Shown piece by piece: positions 9,333 through 19,245 of a stretch of DNA of 64,000 bases; position 1 is the stretch's first letter; every line of letters begins with the position of its first letter. The stretch is taken from positions 4,118 through 68,117 of the forward strand of contig CANQHZ010000004.1 in the NCBI GenBank assembly GCA_947623805.1. The letters are read 5' to 3'. The notes beneath the pieces were generated by a model, which was not told where the DNA came from, did not search any database, and saw nothing but the letters and a program-made list of their open reading frames with translations. The position numbers were made by a program, and so were the translations under genes. Origin of the DNA: an uncultured Lachnospiraceae bacterium. Lineage in GTDB: Bacteria; Bacillota; Clostridia; Lachnospirales; Lachnospiraceae.

Positions 9333-10556
9333 ATGGGAAAATCATTAAAAGGAAAAGAACTAGGCAGGGGCATAACCCAGCGGAAGGATAAGCTTTATCA
9401 GGCGCGCTTTACGGACAGCTCTGGAAAGACAAAGACTATCTACGCCAAAACATACAAAGAAATACTTCAAACAATAGAAGACCAAACTTCGCCCGCCAAT
9501 CCGTCACCTGAGCAGCCTTTAGAAGCGCAGCCGCCCGAGAGCCAGACTGATAAATCACTGTCAGCATTAATTCAAGCCGTACAAGCCAAGGCTTTTTCAG
9601 GGCAGGACATCACATTGAATGACTGGTATGAAATTTGGATAAATACCTGCAAAAAGAACTGCAGGGACACAACGCTGAGAACATATTCCCTTCAATATAA
9701 CCGTCTGCGCGATACCATAGGCGCTTTGAGCCTGCCAAGCCTAAATCCTATATTGCTGCAGACAGTATTCAACAATTTAAAAAGCGACGCGTCAAGAAAT
9801 GCCTGCAAGAAGCTCCTTGTGGACATATTAAATTGCGCAATGGAGGCTGATCTGATATCCAAAAATCCTGCGCTTAACATAAAAACTAAAATTGACAATA
9901 TAGATAAACCTGAAAAAAGAGTTTTAACGGAAGAAGAAATACAGCTCTTATACAAAACATCAAGAAACGACAGGCTGTATCCGTTTTTTGCAGTTGCGTT
10001 AAACACGGGTATGCGTATAGGCGAAATAATCGGCTTGACTTGGGACTGCGTGGATTTTGAAAACAGCATAATTAAAGTTGAAAAAACCTTATGCTACCTT
10101 CCAAACAACGGAAACGGCATATATGAGTTTCACCCGCCTAAAACCAAGGCAGGGAGGAGAGTGATTCCGATGACAAAACAGGCAAAAGAAGCATTGCAGG
10201 AGCAGAGAAAATGGCAGAGCGGCAATATATCAGGCATAACGCCGCTTAAAGGCTTTGAAAAGCTTGTATTCACCAGCAAAACCAATCGCCCGCTGCACGC
10301 GGCAAACATACAGGACTCCATTAAATTTTTAATTAAAAAAATCAATAAGCAGAATCCTGAAATCAATTTTAAACCATTCACCCCCCACTGTCTACGTCAC
10401 ACCTTCGCCACAAACTGCATAGCCAAAGGCATGCGTCCCAAAACCTTGCAAAAGTTGCTCGGACACAATTCACTTCAGATGACAATGGATTTGTACTGCC
10501 ATGTACTTGAAGATACGCTGAAAGAGGAGATGGCAATGATAGCGGAAATGGACTAA
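9333..10556 (+). CDS. Tyrosine recombinase/integrase with N-terminal arm-binding domain
   Basis: MGKSLKGKELGRGITQRKD N-terminus; catalytic set TGMRIGE, KTK, HCLRH, GH, Y (DLYCH). Confidence 0.92.
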   Translation: MGKSLKGKELGRGITQRKDKLYQARFTDSSGKTKTIYAKTYKEILQTIEDQTSPANPSPEQPLEAQPPESQTDKSLSALIQAVQAKAFSGQDITLNDWYEIWINTCKKNCRDTTLRTYSLQYNRLRDTIGALSLPSLNPILLQTVFNNLKSDASRNACKKLLVDILNCAMEADLISKNPALNIKTKIDNIDKPEKRVLTEEEIQLLYKTSRNDRLYPFFAVALNTGMRIGEIIGLTWDCVDFENSIIKVEKTLCYLPNNGNGIYEFHPPKTKAGRRVIPMTKQAKEALQEQRKWQSGNISGITPLKGFEKLVFTSKTNRPLHAANIQDSIKFLIKKINKQNPEINFKPFTPHCLRHTFATNCIAKGMRPKTLQKLLGHNSLQMTMDLYCHVLEDTLKEEMAMIAEMD

Positions 10557-10664
10557 AAAACTCTTTATTAAACCAATCATTTGTGCTACAATAAACTAAG
10601 CTATGTAAAAACTCATACACAAACCATCAATTTAAGCAATCAAAACAAATGGAGCATCCCGCAA

Positions 10665-11729
10665 ATGGAAACCCAAATAATTACTATAAATAAATCAGAC
10701 ACTGCCTCATCTATTCGGGAAAAGCTTTTTCAGGCAGGCAAAATCATAAGGCAGGGCGGACTTGTGGCATTTCCCACGGAAACGGTATATGGATTGGGCG
10801 GCGACGCGCTAAATCCCGATGCCGCGCAAAAGATATATGCCGCAAAGGGAAGACCGAGTGATAACCCACTTATAGTACATATATCGCAGATAGACAGTCT
10901 TGACAGTCTTGTAAGCGCCATACCCGACAAGGCAAAAAAACTTGCCAAGGCATTTTGGCCCGGACCGCTTACAATGATAATGAATAAATCAGATATAGTT
11001 CCTTCTCAGACCACAGGAGGGCTCGATACAGTAGCAGTAAGGATGCCCTCGCACCCTGTCGCGCTTGAGTTTATAAAGCAGGCGGGAGGATATGTAGCCG
11101 CGCCAAGCGCAAACCTTTCAGGCAAACCAAGTCCCACAACGGCAAAGTACGTGATACAGGATATGGATGGCAGAGTAGACATGATAATCGCGGCTGATGA
11201 CAGCGAAGAAATAATAGGACTTGAATCCACTATAGTCGACATGACCTCGGACATACCGGCAATACTCCGTCCGGGCTATATCACGCAGGCAATGATTTCA
11301 CGCGAGATAGGTGCGACTGACATAGATGTCACAATTTTTGACGCGGACTCAGGCAAAGCACCAAAGGCGCCCGGAATGAAATATCGCCATTACGCGCCCA
11401 GAGGCGAACTCGTGCTTGTTGAGGGCAGACCTGATGACGTAGTGGCATATATAAATGCACAGGTACGTTTTCACAAGGAGAGAGGCGAGAAGACAGGTGT
11501 TATAGGGACTGACACTCTTGTCACAAAATATGACGCGGACATAGTAAAAAACGCGGGAAGCAGGGATGAGCCCGTTATGGCCGCAAGCAGGCTCTACACT
11601 TTCTTGCGTGAATTTGACGATGAAAACGTTGAATTTATGTACTCTGAATCATTCAAAAATGAAGGACTTGAACAGGCAATCATGAACCGCCTGCTAAAAG
11701 CGGCAGGCCACAAAATCATAAAGGTATAG
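10665..11729 (+). CDS. sua5: L-threonylcarbamoyladenylate synthase Sua5/YwlC
   Basis: AFPTETVYGLG, KGRPSDNPLIVH, AAPSAN, APGMKYRHYAP; start 10665 with SD GGAG. Confidence 0.96.
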   Translation: METQIITINKSDTASSIREKLFQAGKIIRQGGLVAFPTETVYGLGGDALNPDAAQKIYAAKGRPSDNPLIVHISQIDSLDSLVSAIPDKAKKLAKAFWPGPLTMIMNKSDIVPSQTTGGLDTVAVRMPSHPVALEFIKQAGGYVAAPSANLSGKPSPTTAKYVIQDMDGRVDMIIAADDSEEIIGLESTIVDMTSDIPAILRPGYITQAMISREIGATDIDVTIFDADSGKAPKAPGMKYRHYAPRGELVLVEGRPDDVVAYINAQVRFHKERGEKTGVIGTDTLVTKYDADIVKNAGSRDEPVMAASRLYTFLREFDDENVEFMYSESFKNEGLEQAIMNRLLKAAGHKIIKV

Positions 11730-11741
11730 GAGGAAAAGTAT

Positions 11742-12173
11742 ATGATAGCGATAGGAAGCGATCACGGTGGATATGATTTGAAAATGAGGATAATCAAATA
11801 CCTGCAGCAAAACAACATCGAATACAAAGATTTTGGTTGCTATTCTAAAGAGTCCTGCGATTATCCCATATTTGGTAAAGCAGTAGCGAAAGCGGTAGCG
11901 GCTGGCGAGTGTGAAAAAGGCATTGTCGTCTGCACTACTGGCATCGGCATATCCATTGCGGCAAACAAGGTAAAGGGCGTAAGATGCGCTTTGTGCGGCG
12001 ATACGTATTCCGCGAAAATGACGAGACTTCACAACGATGCCAACGTACTTGCGCTGGGCGGTGAGATAGTAGGCGGAAATCTTGCACTTGACATAGTTGA
12101 AACATTCTTAAATACTGAATTTTCGGGCGAGGAGAAGCACGTAAGGCGCGTTAATTTATTGAACGCAGAGTAG
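11742..12173 (+). CDS. rpiB: Ribose-5-phosphate isomerase B
   Basis: IGSDHGG, CTTGIG, ANKVKG, HNDANVL. Confidence 0.95.
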   Translation: MIAIGSDHGGYDLKMRIIKYLQQNNIEYKDFGCYSKESCDYPIFGKAVAKAVAAGECEKGIVVCTTGIGISIAANKVKGVRCALCGDTYSAKMTRLHNDANVLALGGEIVGGNLALDIVETFLNTEFSGEEKHVRRVNLLNAE

Positions 12174-12228
12174 CGCGGCGCTTTCGGCGCTGCTTAGCCG
12201 CGCAAGGCGGCAGGAAAGGTTGGTGTGT

Positions 12229-12858
12229 ATGTCAAAAGTAGTAATAATGGACCACCCGCTGATACAGCACAAAATTGGATATATCAGGCGTATAGACACA
12301 GGCACAAAGGATTTCAGGCAGACAATAAGTGAGATAGCAAGCCTTATATGCTATGAGGCGACAAGAGATTTAAAGCTTTCGGACGTAGAGATAGAGACAC
12401 CCATATGCAAAACCACAGTCAAAGAGCTTGCGGGCAAAAAGCTTGCCGTAGTGCCGATTTTACGCGCGGGGCTTGGCATGGTGGACGGTATGCTGCAGCT
12501 TATTCCTGCGGCAAAGGTAGGTCATATCGGTCTTTACCGCGACCCTAAGACGCTAGAGCCTGTAGAATACTACTGCAAGCTTCCCGAGGATTGTGACCAA
12601 CGCGAGGTGTTTGTGGTAGACCCGATGCTTGCGACTGGCGGCTCGTCGTCAGCGGCAATCAGAATGTTAAAGGAAAAGGGCTGCAAGAGCATACATTTTA
12701 TGTGCATAATAGCGGCGCCCGAGGGGATAGCGCGTATGCAGAAGGACCACCCCGATGTGGACATATATATCGGCGCGCTGGACGAAAAGCTAAACGACCA
12801 CGGATATATTGTCCCTGGGCTTGGTGATGCGGGCGACAGGATATTTGGGACAAAGTAA
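12229..12858 (+). CDS. upp: Uracil phosphoribosyltransferase
   Basis: [36 protein letters not shown]. Confidence 0.97.
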   Translation: MSKVVIMDHPLIQHKIGYIRRIDTGTKDFRQTISEIASLICYEATRDLKLSDVEIETPICKTTVKELAGKKLAVVPILRAGLGMVDGMLQLIPAAKVGHIGLYRDPKTLEPVEYYCKLPEDCDQREVFVVDPMLATGGSSSAAIRMLKEKGCKSIHFMCIIAAPEGIARMQKDHPDVDIYIGALDEKLNDHGYIVPGLGDAGDRIFGTK

Positions 12859-12873
12859 TAGGGGGATTAACTT

Positions 12874-14046
12874 ATGAGGGCGGTTTGTAAGCGGCTGTTG
12901 GCCTTGCTTATGACGACGGCGGTATTTCTATGTGCGGTTGTGGGCACTATTCCTCTTAATGCTCATGCGGAAACTACGCTTGAACGCCTGCAGAAGGCAA
13001 AGGAGGAAAAGGAAAAGACAGAGGACGCTATGGAAAGCACACAGGGACACAGGGATTCGCTGAAAATAGCGCAGGATTCGCTTTTGGGTGAACTTAGCAG
13101 TTTAAATGATGAACTCGCCAATGTGAGCACGAACCTTGAATTGATAGAAGCGGATATAGACAGCAAAGAGCAGGAAATTTCCCAAACACAGTCGGAGCTT
13201 GAACAGGCGATTGAAAAAGAGGAAACGCAGTATGCCAATATGAAGCTCAGGGTAAAAATGATGTATGAGCGCAGCCTCAATGGGGGTGACTTAGATATAC
13301 TGCTGTCCTCAAAGAGCTTTTCCGATTTTTTGAACAAAAGCGAGTACATAGCGCAGATAAATGAATACGACCAAAAAATGCTCGCTCAATATGAGGAGAG
13401 CCGAAAAACGGTTGAAGAAACTAAGGCGCGGCTTGAAACAGAGCTTGACGAGCTCAATTCTCTCAAAGAGGATGCGGCGGCAGAGCAGAGCCGCGTATCA
13501 GGGCTTGTAAAAAAGACTTCGGACAGCGTGGCGAATTACAAGTCACAGATAGCTGATGCCGAGGCGACGATTGACACGCTTGAAGACATGATTGACGCGC
13601 AGGAGGCAAGTATTGCGGCTCTCCAAAAGCAGTATGAGGAGGAGCTTGCGCTTTCACGGCTTGCAGCTCAGTCGGCGTGGCGCGATATATCAAGCGTGAC
13701 TTTTGAGGAAGGAGACCGTAAGCTGCTTGCCAATCTGATTTATTGTGAGGCCGGTGCGGAGCCGTATACAGGACAAGTGGCAGTAGGAGCAGTGGTTGTC
13801 AATAGAGTGCTGAGCTCGCGCTATCCTGATACTATTGTGGGAGTTATTTACCAGAACAGACAGTTTTCGCCGGTTGCGAGCGGACGGCTTGCACTTGCGC
13901 TTGCAAATGATTCTGCTACGGCAAACTGCTACAAGGCAGCAGACGAGGCAATGAGCGGCGTCACAAACGTAGGACAGTGCGTATACTTCAGAACTCCGAT
14001 ACCAGGACTTGAAGGCATAAGGATAGGCGGACATATCTTCTACTAA
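12874..14046 (+). CDS. Secreted coiled-coil protein with C-terminal Hydrolase_2 (SleB/CwlJ-like) cell-wall hydrolase
   Basis: Signal peptide, PcsB-like coiled coil, LIYCEAGAE...AVVVNRV...QFSPV...IGGHIF. Confidence 0.85.
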   Translation: MRAVCKRLLALLMTTAVFLCAVVGTIPLNAHAETTLERLQKAKEEKEKTEDAMESTQGHRDSLKIAQDSLLGELSSLNDELANVSTNLELIEADIDSKEQEISQTQSELEQAIEKEETQYANMKLRVKMMYERSLNGGDLDILLSSKSFSDFLNKSEYIAQINEYDQKMLAQYEESRKTVEETKARLETELDELNSLKEDAAAEQSRVSGLVKKTSDSVANYKSQIADAEATIDTLEDMIDAQEASIAALQKQYEEELALSRLAAQSAWRDISSVTFEEGDRKLLANLIYCEAGAEPYTGQVAVGAVVVNRVLSSRYPDTIVGVIYQNRQFSPVASGRLALALANDSATANCYKAADEAMSGVTNVGQCVYFRTPIPGLEGIRIGGHIFY

Positions 14047-14069
14047 TATGAGAAGGGATTTGATGTACA

Positions 14070-15353
14070 ATGAGCTACAGGATAGGAATTTTAGGTAAAG
14101 ATTCTGCATATATAAAGCGGCTTGCCGATTTTTTGGACAGCCATTACAGCGATAATCTTACAGCAGACTGGAGCGCGGAAGGGGCAGAAGGGCTTGATTT
14201 TGGCAGCGTGAAATATGACGCGATTCTCATAAGCGATGATTTAAAACCTGCCGATGAAAAAAAGCTGCCCAATATAACAAAGGCATATCTGGTGTCAAAG
14301 GCATCTGAGGGCAGACAGCCGCAAATTCTTAAATACCAGCGCCTTGAGGAAATTTATAAGCAGATAATGGAAATTTGTGCGAGCAAAGTCAATGAAAATT
14401 TGCATCAGTCGCAGTCAGATGAAACTGACGGCGAAACGGATGATATGCAGGAGAGTGAATACATACAGGGGCGTTTTGACGGGCTTGAATTTTCTAAAGA
14501 GCGCATAAGGGAGAAAGCTTATAGCGTGCTTGACTACTCAGGCGGCAGCATTGGCGAGCCTAATGATTTGGAAACAGGCATGCTCGAAAACAACAGTATA
14601 AACGGAATCGCAGGTTTTTCAAAGAAAAATGGAAAGCTATACTATGACATAACGGGAAAGCAGCCGCTCACATATTTTGTCACGAAAAACGACAACCCGG
14701 AAGGAAAGGCAAAGCTTATCAGGATTTTTTCAAATATTCTTAATGCCATGGGCAATCTCGAGGAATATATGCTCGACTGGCAGAAACTTATCATGAGGGC
14801 TGACGAGATTTTTGTGGACAGAAAGACGCTTGAAGTGTCGCTTTTATACTATCCGTTTGATATGGAGGATAATAAGGAATGCGGCATATATGAGCAGCTT
14901 GAGGAGATAATTTCCGTGTGCGAGGGGCTCATGGAGGCGATTAGTGACGCGCAAGGACAGGATGATAAAGGCACGGAAGTGTTTGATGAGCTTCAGGAAG
15001 CGGCTGAGGACAGCTCTCGTGCAAAAAAGCAGACCGTGGATTTTGAAGATGCCAAAAAAGTAGCGTATCTTGTCAGAAAGCGGACAAACGAGAAAATCAT
15101 GATAAACCGCAGTATCTTTAAGTTGGGAAAGGACGAGGACTATGTAGATTATTGCATAAAGGATAATCCCACTGTCAGCAGGAACCATGCGGATATTGCC
15201 AAAAAGTCGGACGGTTTTTACGCTGTTGATAAGGGCTCGCGCAATCATACATTTGTGAACGGCAAGAAACTTGACAAGCAGCAGTATGTAAAGCTTGAAG
15301 ACGGCGATTTGCTGCAGATTGCCGATGAGGTGTTTGTATTTAATATTAAGTAG
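14070..15353 (+). CDS. FHA-domain protein (receiver-like N-terminus, DUF6382-like middle)
   Basis: C-terminal GK...VSRNHA...SRNHTFVNG FHA motif. Confidence 0.8.
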   Translation: MSYRIGILGKDSAYIKRLADFLDSHYSDNLTADWSAEGAEGLDFGSVKYDAILISDDLKPADEKKLPNITKAYLVSKASEGRQPQILKYQRLEEIYKQIMEICASKVNENLHQSQSDETDGETDDMQESEYIQGRFDGLEFSKERIREKAYSVLDYSGGSIGEPNDLETGMLENNSINGIAGFSKKNGKLYYDITGKQPLTYFVTKNDNPEGKAKLIRIFSNILNAMGNLEEYMLDWQKLIMRADEIFVDRKTLEVSLLYYPFDMEDNKECGIYEQLEEIISVCEGLMEAISDAQGQDDKGTEVFDELQEAAEDSSRAKKQTVDFEDAKKVAYLVRKRTNEKIMINRSIFKLGKDEDYVDYCIKDNPTVSRNHADIAKKSDGFYAVDKGSRNHTFVNGKKLDKQQYVKLEDGDLLQIADEVFVFNIK

Positions 15354-15383
15354 TGTATTTATGCGTGAAAAGGGAATTAAAAT

Positions 15384-16193
15384 ATGGAATTACATTATAC
15401 AGTGGCGGCGCAGACAGACGTAGGCACAACCAAAAGTGTGAATCAGGACAGCCTTACCGTGAAAGTGGCAAACACCCCGAACGGAGAGGCAGCGCTTTTG
15501 GTATTGTGTGACGGTATGGGCGGGCTTGAACAAGGTGAAGTGGCAAGCACTGTAGTGATGCGGGCTTTTGAGCAGTGGTTTTTAAGAGACTTTTCTGCCA
15601 TTGCGGTATCGGGGCTTGACGCGCAGATGCTTGAGAAAATCTGGACGGACATTTTGCATGACTGCAATGCGCGAATATATGATTACAGCAGGGAGCACAA
15701 AACTTCGATGGGTACGACGCTTACAGCGCTTTTGCTCTTTGGCGGAGCTTACTATATATCGCATATAGGTGACTGCAGGGCTTACAGGCTTGGTACCGAC
15801 ATTTCGCAGCTTACAAGCGACCATACGTACACGGCAAGGGAAGTGGCATTGGGGCATATGACGCCTGAGCAGGCGAGTAATGACTTGCGCAGGAATGTGC
15901 TCATTCAATGCATAGGCATGGGGAAACCGATAAGCCCAGAGTTTGTAAGTGGAGAGATTGAAGTGGGCGACAGTTTCGTGCTCTGCTCGGATGGTTTCCG
16001 ACATGAATTGACAGACGAAGAAATATACGAATATTGCTGGAATGAGCCAAATCAGCTTGAATGGAGCGTGCGAAGGCGCCAGGAAAACTCACGTGCAATG
16101 AACGGATTGTTGCGGGAGCTTATAGAGATGGACAAGCAGCGCGGAGAAAAGGATAATATATCCGTGGCGTTTGTAAAAATAATGGACAGATAG
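15384..16193 (+). CDS. PP2C-family Ser/Thr phosphatase
   Basis: NQD, LCDGMGG, MGTT, HIGDCRAY, LCSDG, DNIS. Confidence 0.93.
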   Translation: MELHYTVAAQTDVGTTKSVNQDSLTVKVANTPNGEAALLVLCDGMGGLEQGEVASTVVMRAFEQWFLRDFSAIAVSGLDAQMLEKIWTDILHDCNARIYDYSREHKTSMGTTLTALLLFGGAYYISHIGDCRAYRLGTDISQLTSDHTYTAREVALGHMTPEQASNDLRRNVLIQCIGMGKPISPEFVSGEIEVGDSFVLCSDGFRHELTDEEIYEYCWNEPNQLEWSVRRRQENSRAMNGLLRELIEMDKQRGEKDNISVAFVKIMDR

Positions 16194-16215
16194 TAATATT
16201 GCAGATTGAGGGAAA

Positions 16216-17901
16216 ATGTTAAAAATAGGCACAATAGTTGGTGGAAAATACAAGATTTTAAACGAAATAGGACATGGCGGCATGAGCACGGTTTACCTTG
16301 CAATAAATGAAAAGGTAAACAAATCATGGGCTATAAAAGAAATACGAAAGAAAAACAACAGACATTTTGAAACAATGCGTCAAAGCATGATTGCGGAAAT
16401 AAATCTTTTGAGGCGGCTAAGGCATCCAAATCTGCCGCGCATAGTCGATGTCATTGACAATGATGATAATTTTCTCATAGTGATGGATTATATAGACGGC
16501 AATACTCTTGAACATATTGTGGAGGACGAAGGCGCCCAGCCGCAAGGCAGGGTTGTGGAATGGGTCTTGCAGCTTTGTGATGTGCTGAATTATCTCCATT
16601 CGCGGCGTTCCCCTATTATTTATCGTGATATGAAGCCGTCAAATATCATGCTCAAATCTGATGGAAACATAGTGCTTATAGATTTTGGTACGGCGCGCGA
16701 GCATAAAGACGAAAGCGACGCAGACACATCTTATCTTGGCACGAAAGGCTATGCCGCACCCGAACAGTTTGGCGGTATGGGACAGACAGACGCTCGGACG
16801 GATATATACTGCCTCGGTGCGACAATGTATCATCTTCTCACTGCTCATAGCCCCTCTGCCCCTCCTTATGAAATGTATCCCATTACCCAATGGAGACCTG
16901 AACTTTCTGACGGACTTGAAAAGATAATATTAAAGTGTACGCAGAAAAATCCCGACAACAGATATCAGAGCATAGATGAGCTTGCATACGCGTTGAGAAA
17001 TTATACAGACCTTGAGGCGGATATTCAGAAAGGTTTGAAGAAACGATTTGCAGTCTTTAAGGCTATGCTTGGAGCCGCTGCATTATGCGTTTTGGTGGGA
17101 TTGGGCTTTAGTGCGGCATCGGGGATAAAATTAAATAGCGGATATAAGGCTCTGCTGGAAAAGGCGGCTTGCCATGAAGAAGACATTCGCATGGCGCAAG
17201 AACTTTATATGGAAGCGATAGAGCTTGCCCCGCGGCGTCCGGAAGCGTATCATGAATTTTGTCGGGCGGCGGCGTTTGACAGTGAATTTACAGCCGAGGA
17301 GGAAAAAATGCTGCTTGACATAAATACAAGCGGCGGCAAATATTTTGAGAGCTTTGCTAAGAGCCGCCCACTTGAGTACGCGGATTTCTGCTATGGGATA
17401 GGCGCGCTTTATTGGCATTATTTTTCAACTGATGTCGGGCAAGGCGGCAAAAATAATGCTATGCCATGGTTTGAGGCTGCCGCTATTGGATATAAGGAAG
17501 ATGAGCGGCGCAAAGCGGAATATGATAAATGCCTTGCTTACATAGAAATGAATGGACTTTCACAAAAGATAGCGGCGCTGCAGATAGAGGGCAATGATGA
17601 GGGGATGTATCGCAGATACTGGGAATGTCTTGCAGCTGTAAAGGCACTAGACAGTCAAGCGCCTGTAAATATGCATGTGACGCTGGACATAGACAGAGAG
17701 CTTATATCGTGCATAATTGATTATGCGGGATATTTTAGCAGTGATAATGTTTCAAAGGCAGAGCTTTTGGACATGCTCGGCAGAATTGAGAATGAACTGA
17801 TTGATTTTGACACGCCGGATGAAAAACAGCAGGCAACAGTGTCGGACATTGAGGGAAACTTAGCTGATGCAAGGCGTAGAATAGATGTCTGCTACGGGTA
17901 A
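16216..17901 (+). CDS. Hanks-type Ser/Thr protein kinase with one TM helix and a C-terminal helical domain
   Basis: GHGGMSTVY, AIKE, YRDMKPSN, DFG, YAAPEQ; TM at about residues 282-300. Confidence 0.93.
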   Translation: MLKIGTIVGGKYKILNEIGHGGMSTVYLAINEKVNKSWAIKEIRKKNNRHFETMRQSMIAEINLLRRLRHPNLPRIVDVIDNDDNFLIVMDYIDGNTLEHIVEDEGAQPQGRVVEWVLQLCDVLNYLHSRRSPIIYRDMKPSNIMLKSDGNIVLIDFGTAREHKDESDADTSYLGTKGYAAPEQFGGMGQTDARTDIYCLGATMYHLLTAHSPSAPPYEMYPITQWRPELSDGLEKIILKCTQKNPDNRYQSIDELAYALRNYTDLEADIQKGLKKRFAVFKAMLGAAALCVLVGLGFSAASGIKLNSGYKALLEKAACHEEDIRMAQELYMEAIELAPRRPEAYHEFCRAAAFDSEFTAEEEKMLLDINTSGGKYFESFAKSRPLEYADFCYGIGALYWHYFSTDVGQGGKNNAMPWFEAAAIGYKEDERRKAEYDKCLAYIEMNGLSQKIAALQIEGNDEGMYRRYWECLAAVKALDSQAPVNMHVTLDIDRELISCIIDYAGYFSSDNVSKAELLDMLGRIENELIDFDTPDEKQQATVSDIEGNLADARRRIDVCYG

Positions 17902-17933
17902 GGCGAGCGAATAGTTTGGAATGGAGGAAATAA

Positions 17934-18275
17934 ATGGGGATTGAAGAATTGGCGCACGTTTCGTATATATTGTTTGGCGCGGCTGCATGTTTTTTGATGG
18001 CAGCTGTAATAATGTTTTTTAAATTTGACATACGGCGCATTTATAGGATATTAAAATCAGCGGCGGATTCGCAGTCAGCGCCGCCGCTGATGTCAGTGAA
18101 AAATTCGGGCAGCGATACTCAAAGACAATTGACAAAGTCGGGGCGTACACAAAAATATGAGCAGACGCTTGCACTTGACACGGTTAAATTTATTCTAGTA
18201 CAGGATATTACCTATTCTGATGGCGATGTCCACTTGTTGATTTTGCCTGACAGAGCGTCGAGTTTATCATCGTAA
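17934..18275 (+). CDS. Small membrane-anchored hypothetical protein
   Basis: SD GGAGG and an N-terminal TM helix; the 3' end overlaps the convergent DUF402 gene. Confidence 0.6.
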   Translation: MGIEELAHVSYILFGAAACFLMAAVIMFFKFDIRRIYRILKSAADSQSAPPLMSVKNSGSDTQRQLTKSGRTQKYEQTLALDTVKFILVQDITYSDGDVHLLILPDRASSLSS

Positions 18276-18691
18276 ATCAGGTTTAAGAGTGTGTTGAGGC
18301 GGCGCAGTGCCAATGTAACGGTTGACGGTTCGCATAGTTTTTTCTCCAAGGCCACGGCAAGCTCGTCAATGTCAAGCACTTTGGTATAGCCATCAGGATA
18401 GATTACCACATCCGCAAGCAAATCCGTCACGGTCAGAGCATCTGTTTCTTTATTATAGGAGTAGTCAACAATGTCGCAGTATCGGTACAAAAGCGAACCG
18501 TCCTCGCGGTAGAATTTACTTATTTTAAATCCGAGCTTGAGGAAATAACACGAATATCCATAGCTGAAATCACGACGCGGTTTTATTGTTTTCCATTTGG
18601 TTACAATATAATCCTCGTCAGTTTCGAGTATTTCATCGTCCTTTAAGAGAATACATTCATCGGGGATAATCCTTTTTCTGTACAGCTGCAT
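18212..18691 (-). CDS. DUF402-family protein
   Basis: YRYCDIVD...TDLLADV...DIDEL; start 18691 with SD AAGGAGG. Confidence 0.8.
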   Translation of the reverse strand: MQLYRKRIIPDECILLKDDEILETDEDYIVTKWKTIKPRRDFSYGYSCYFLKLGFKISKFYREDGSLLYRYCDIVDYSYNKETDALTVTDLLADVVIYPDGYTKVLDIDELAVALEKKLCEPSTVTLALRRLNTLLNLIYDDKLDALSGKINKWTSPSE

Positions 18692-18872
18692 AGATGTGCC
18701 TCCTTTTCGTCTTTTTCTGTTGTTTCTGATATTGTACAACTTTTTTCCGGCGTCTTCAATATAATTTGTCACAAGTAAGACAGGATTAGAAAAATATCAT
18801 TATAAAAGTCGTTGAATTATGCAAAAACATAGGTTATAATTTATTCAATGGAAAATATGAGGAGGGTTTTAT

Positions 18873-19223
18873 ATGACAGTACAGGAATGTTACGAGCAGA
18901 TAGGCGGAGATTATAACGAGATAATGTCGCGGCTGCGCACTGAGGACCGTATCAGGAAATTTGCGGGAATGTTTTTGAAAGAGCAGAGTTACGATACATT
19001 GGTGCAGACCTTAAAGGACAGAAATCAGGAGGAGGCATTTCGCGCGGCGCATACTTTAAAGGGTGTATGCCAGAATATGTCGTTTACCACGCTTTTTAAA
19101 TCAAGCTTTGACATTACGGAAGCGCTTCGCGCAAATAACATGGAGGAGGCTGACAGGCTGCTTCCAAAGGTAACTGAGGATTATCAGCGTACATTAGAGG
19201 GCGTAAAGGCGCTTTTAGGTTAA
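18873..19223 (+). CDS. Hpt (histidine phosphotransfer) domain protein
   Basis: AFRAAHTLKG motif. Confidence 0.9.
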   Translation: MTVQECYEQIGGDYNEIMSRLRTEDRIRKFAGMFLKEQSYDTLVQTLKDRNQEEAFRAAHTLKGVCQNMSFTTLFKSSFDITEALRANNMEEADRLLPKVTEDYQRTLEGVKALLG

Positions 19224-19245
19224 ATTTTAGGAGGGGATAAACATT

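Noticed and set aside
12174-12210. GC-rich hairpin between rpiB and upp as a pyrimidine attenuator
   Set aside because: There is no U-tract or PyrR-binding motif; it is more likely a processing or stability hairpin.
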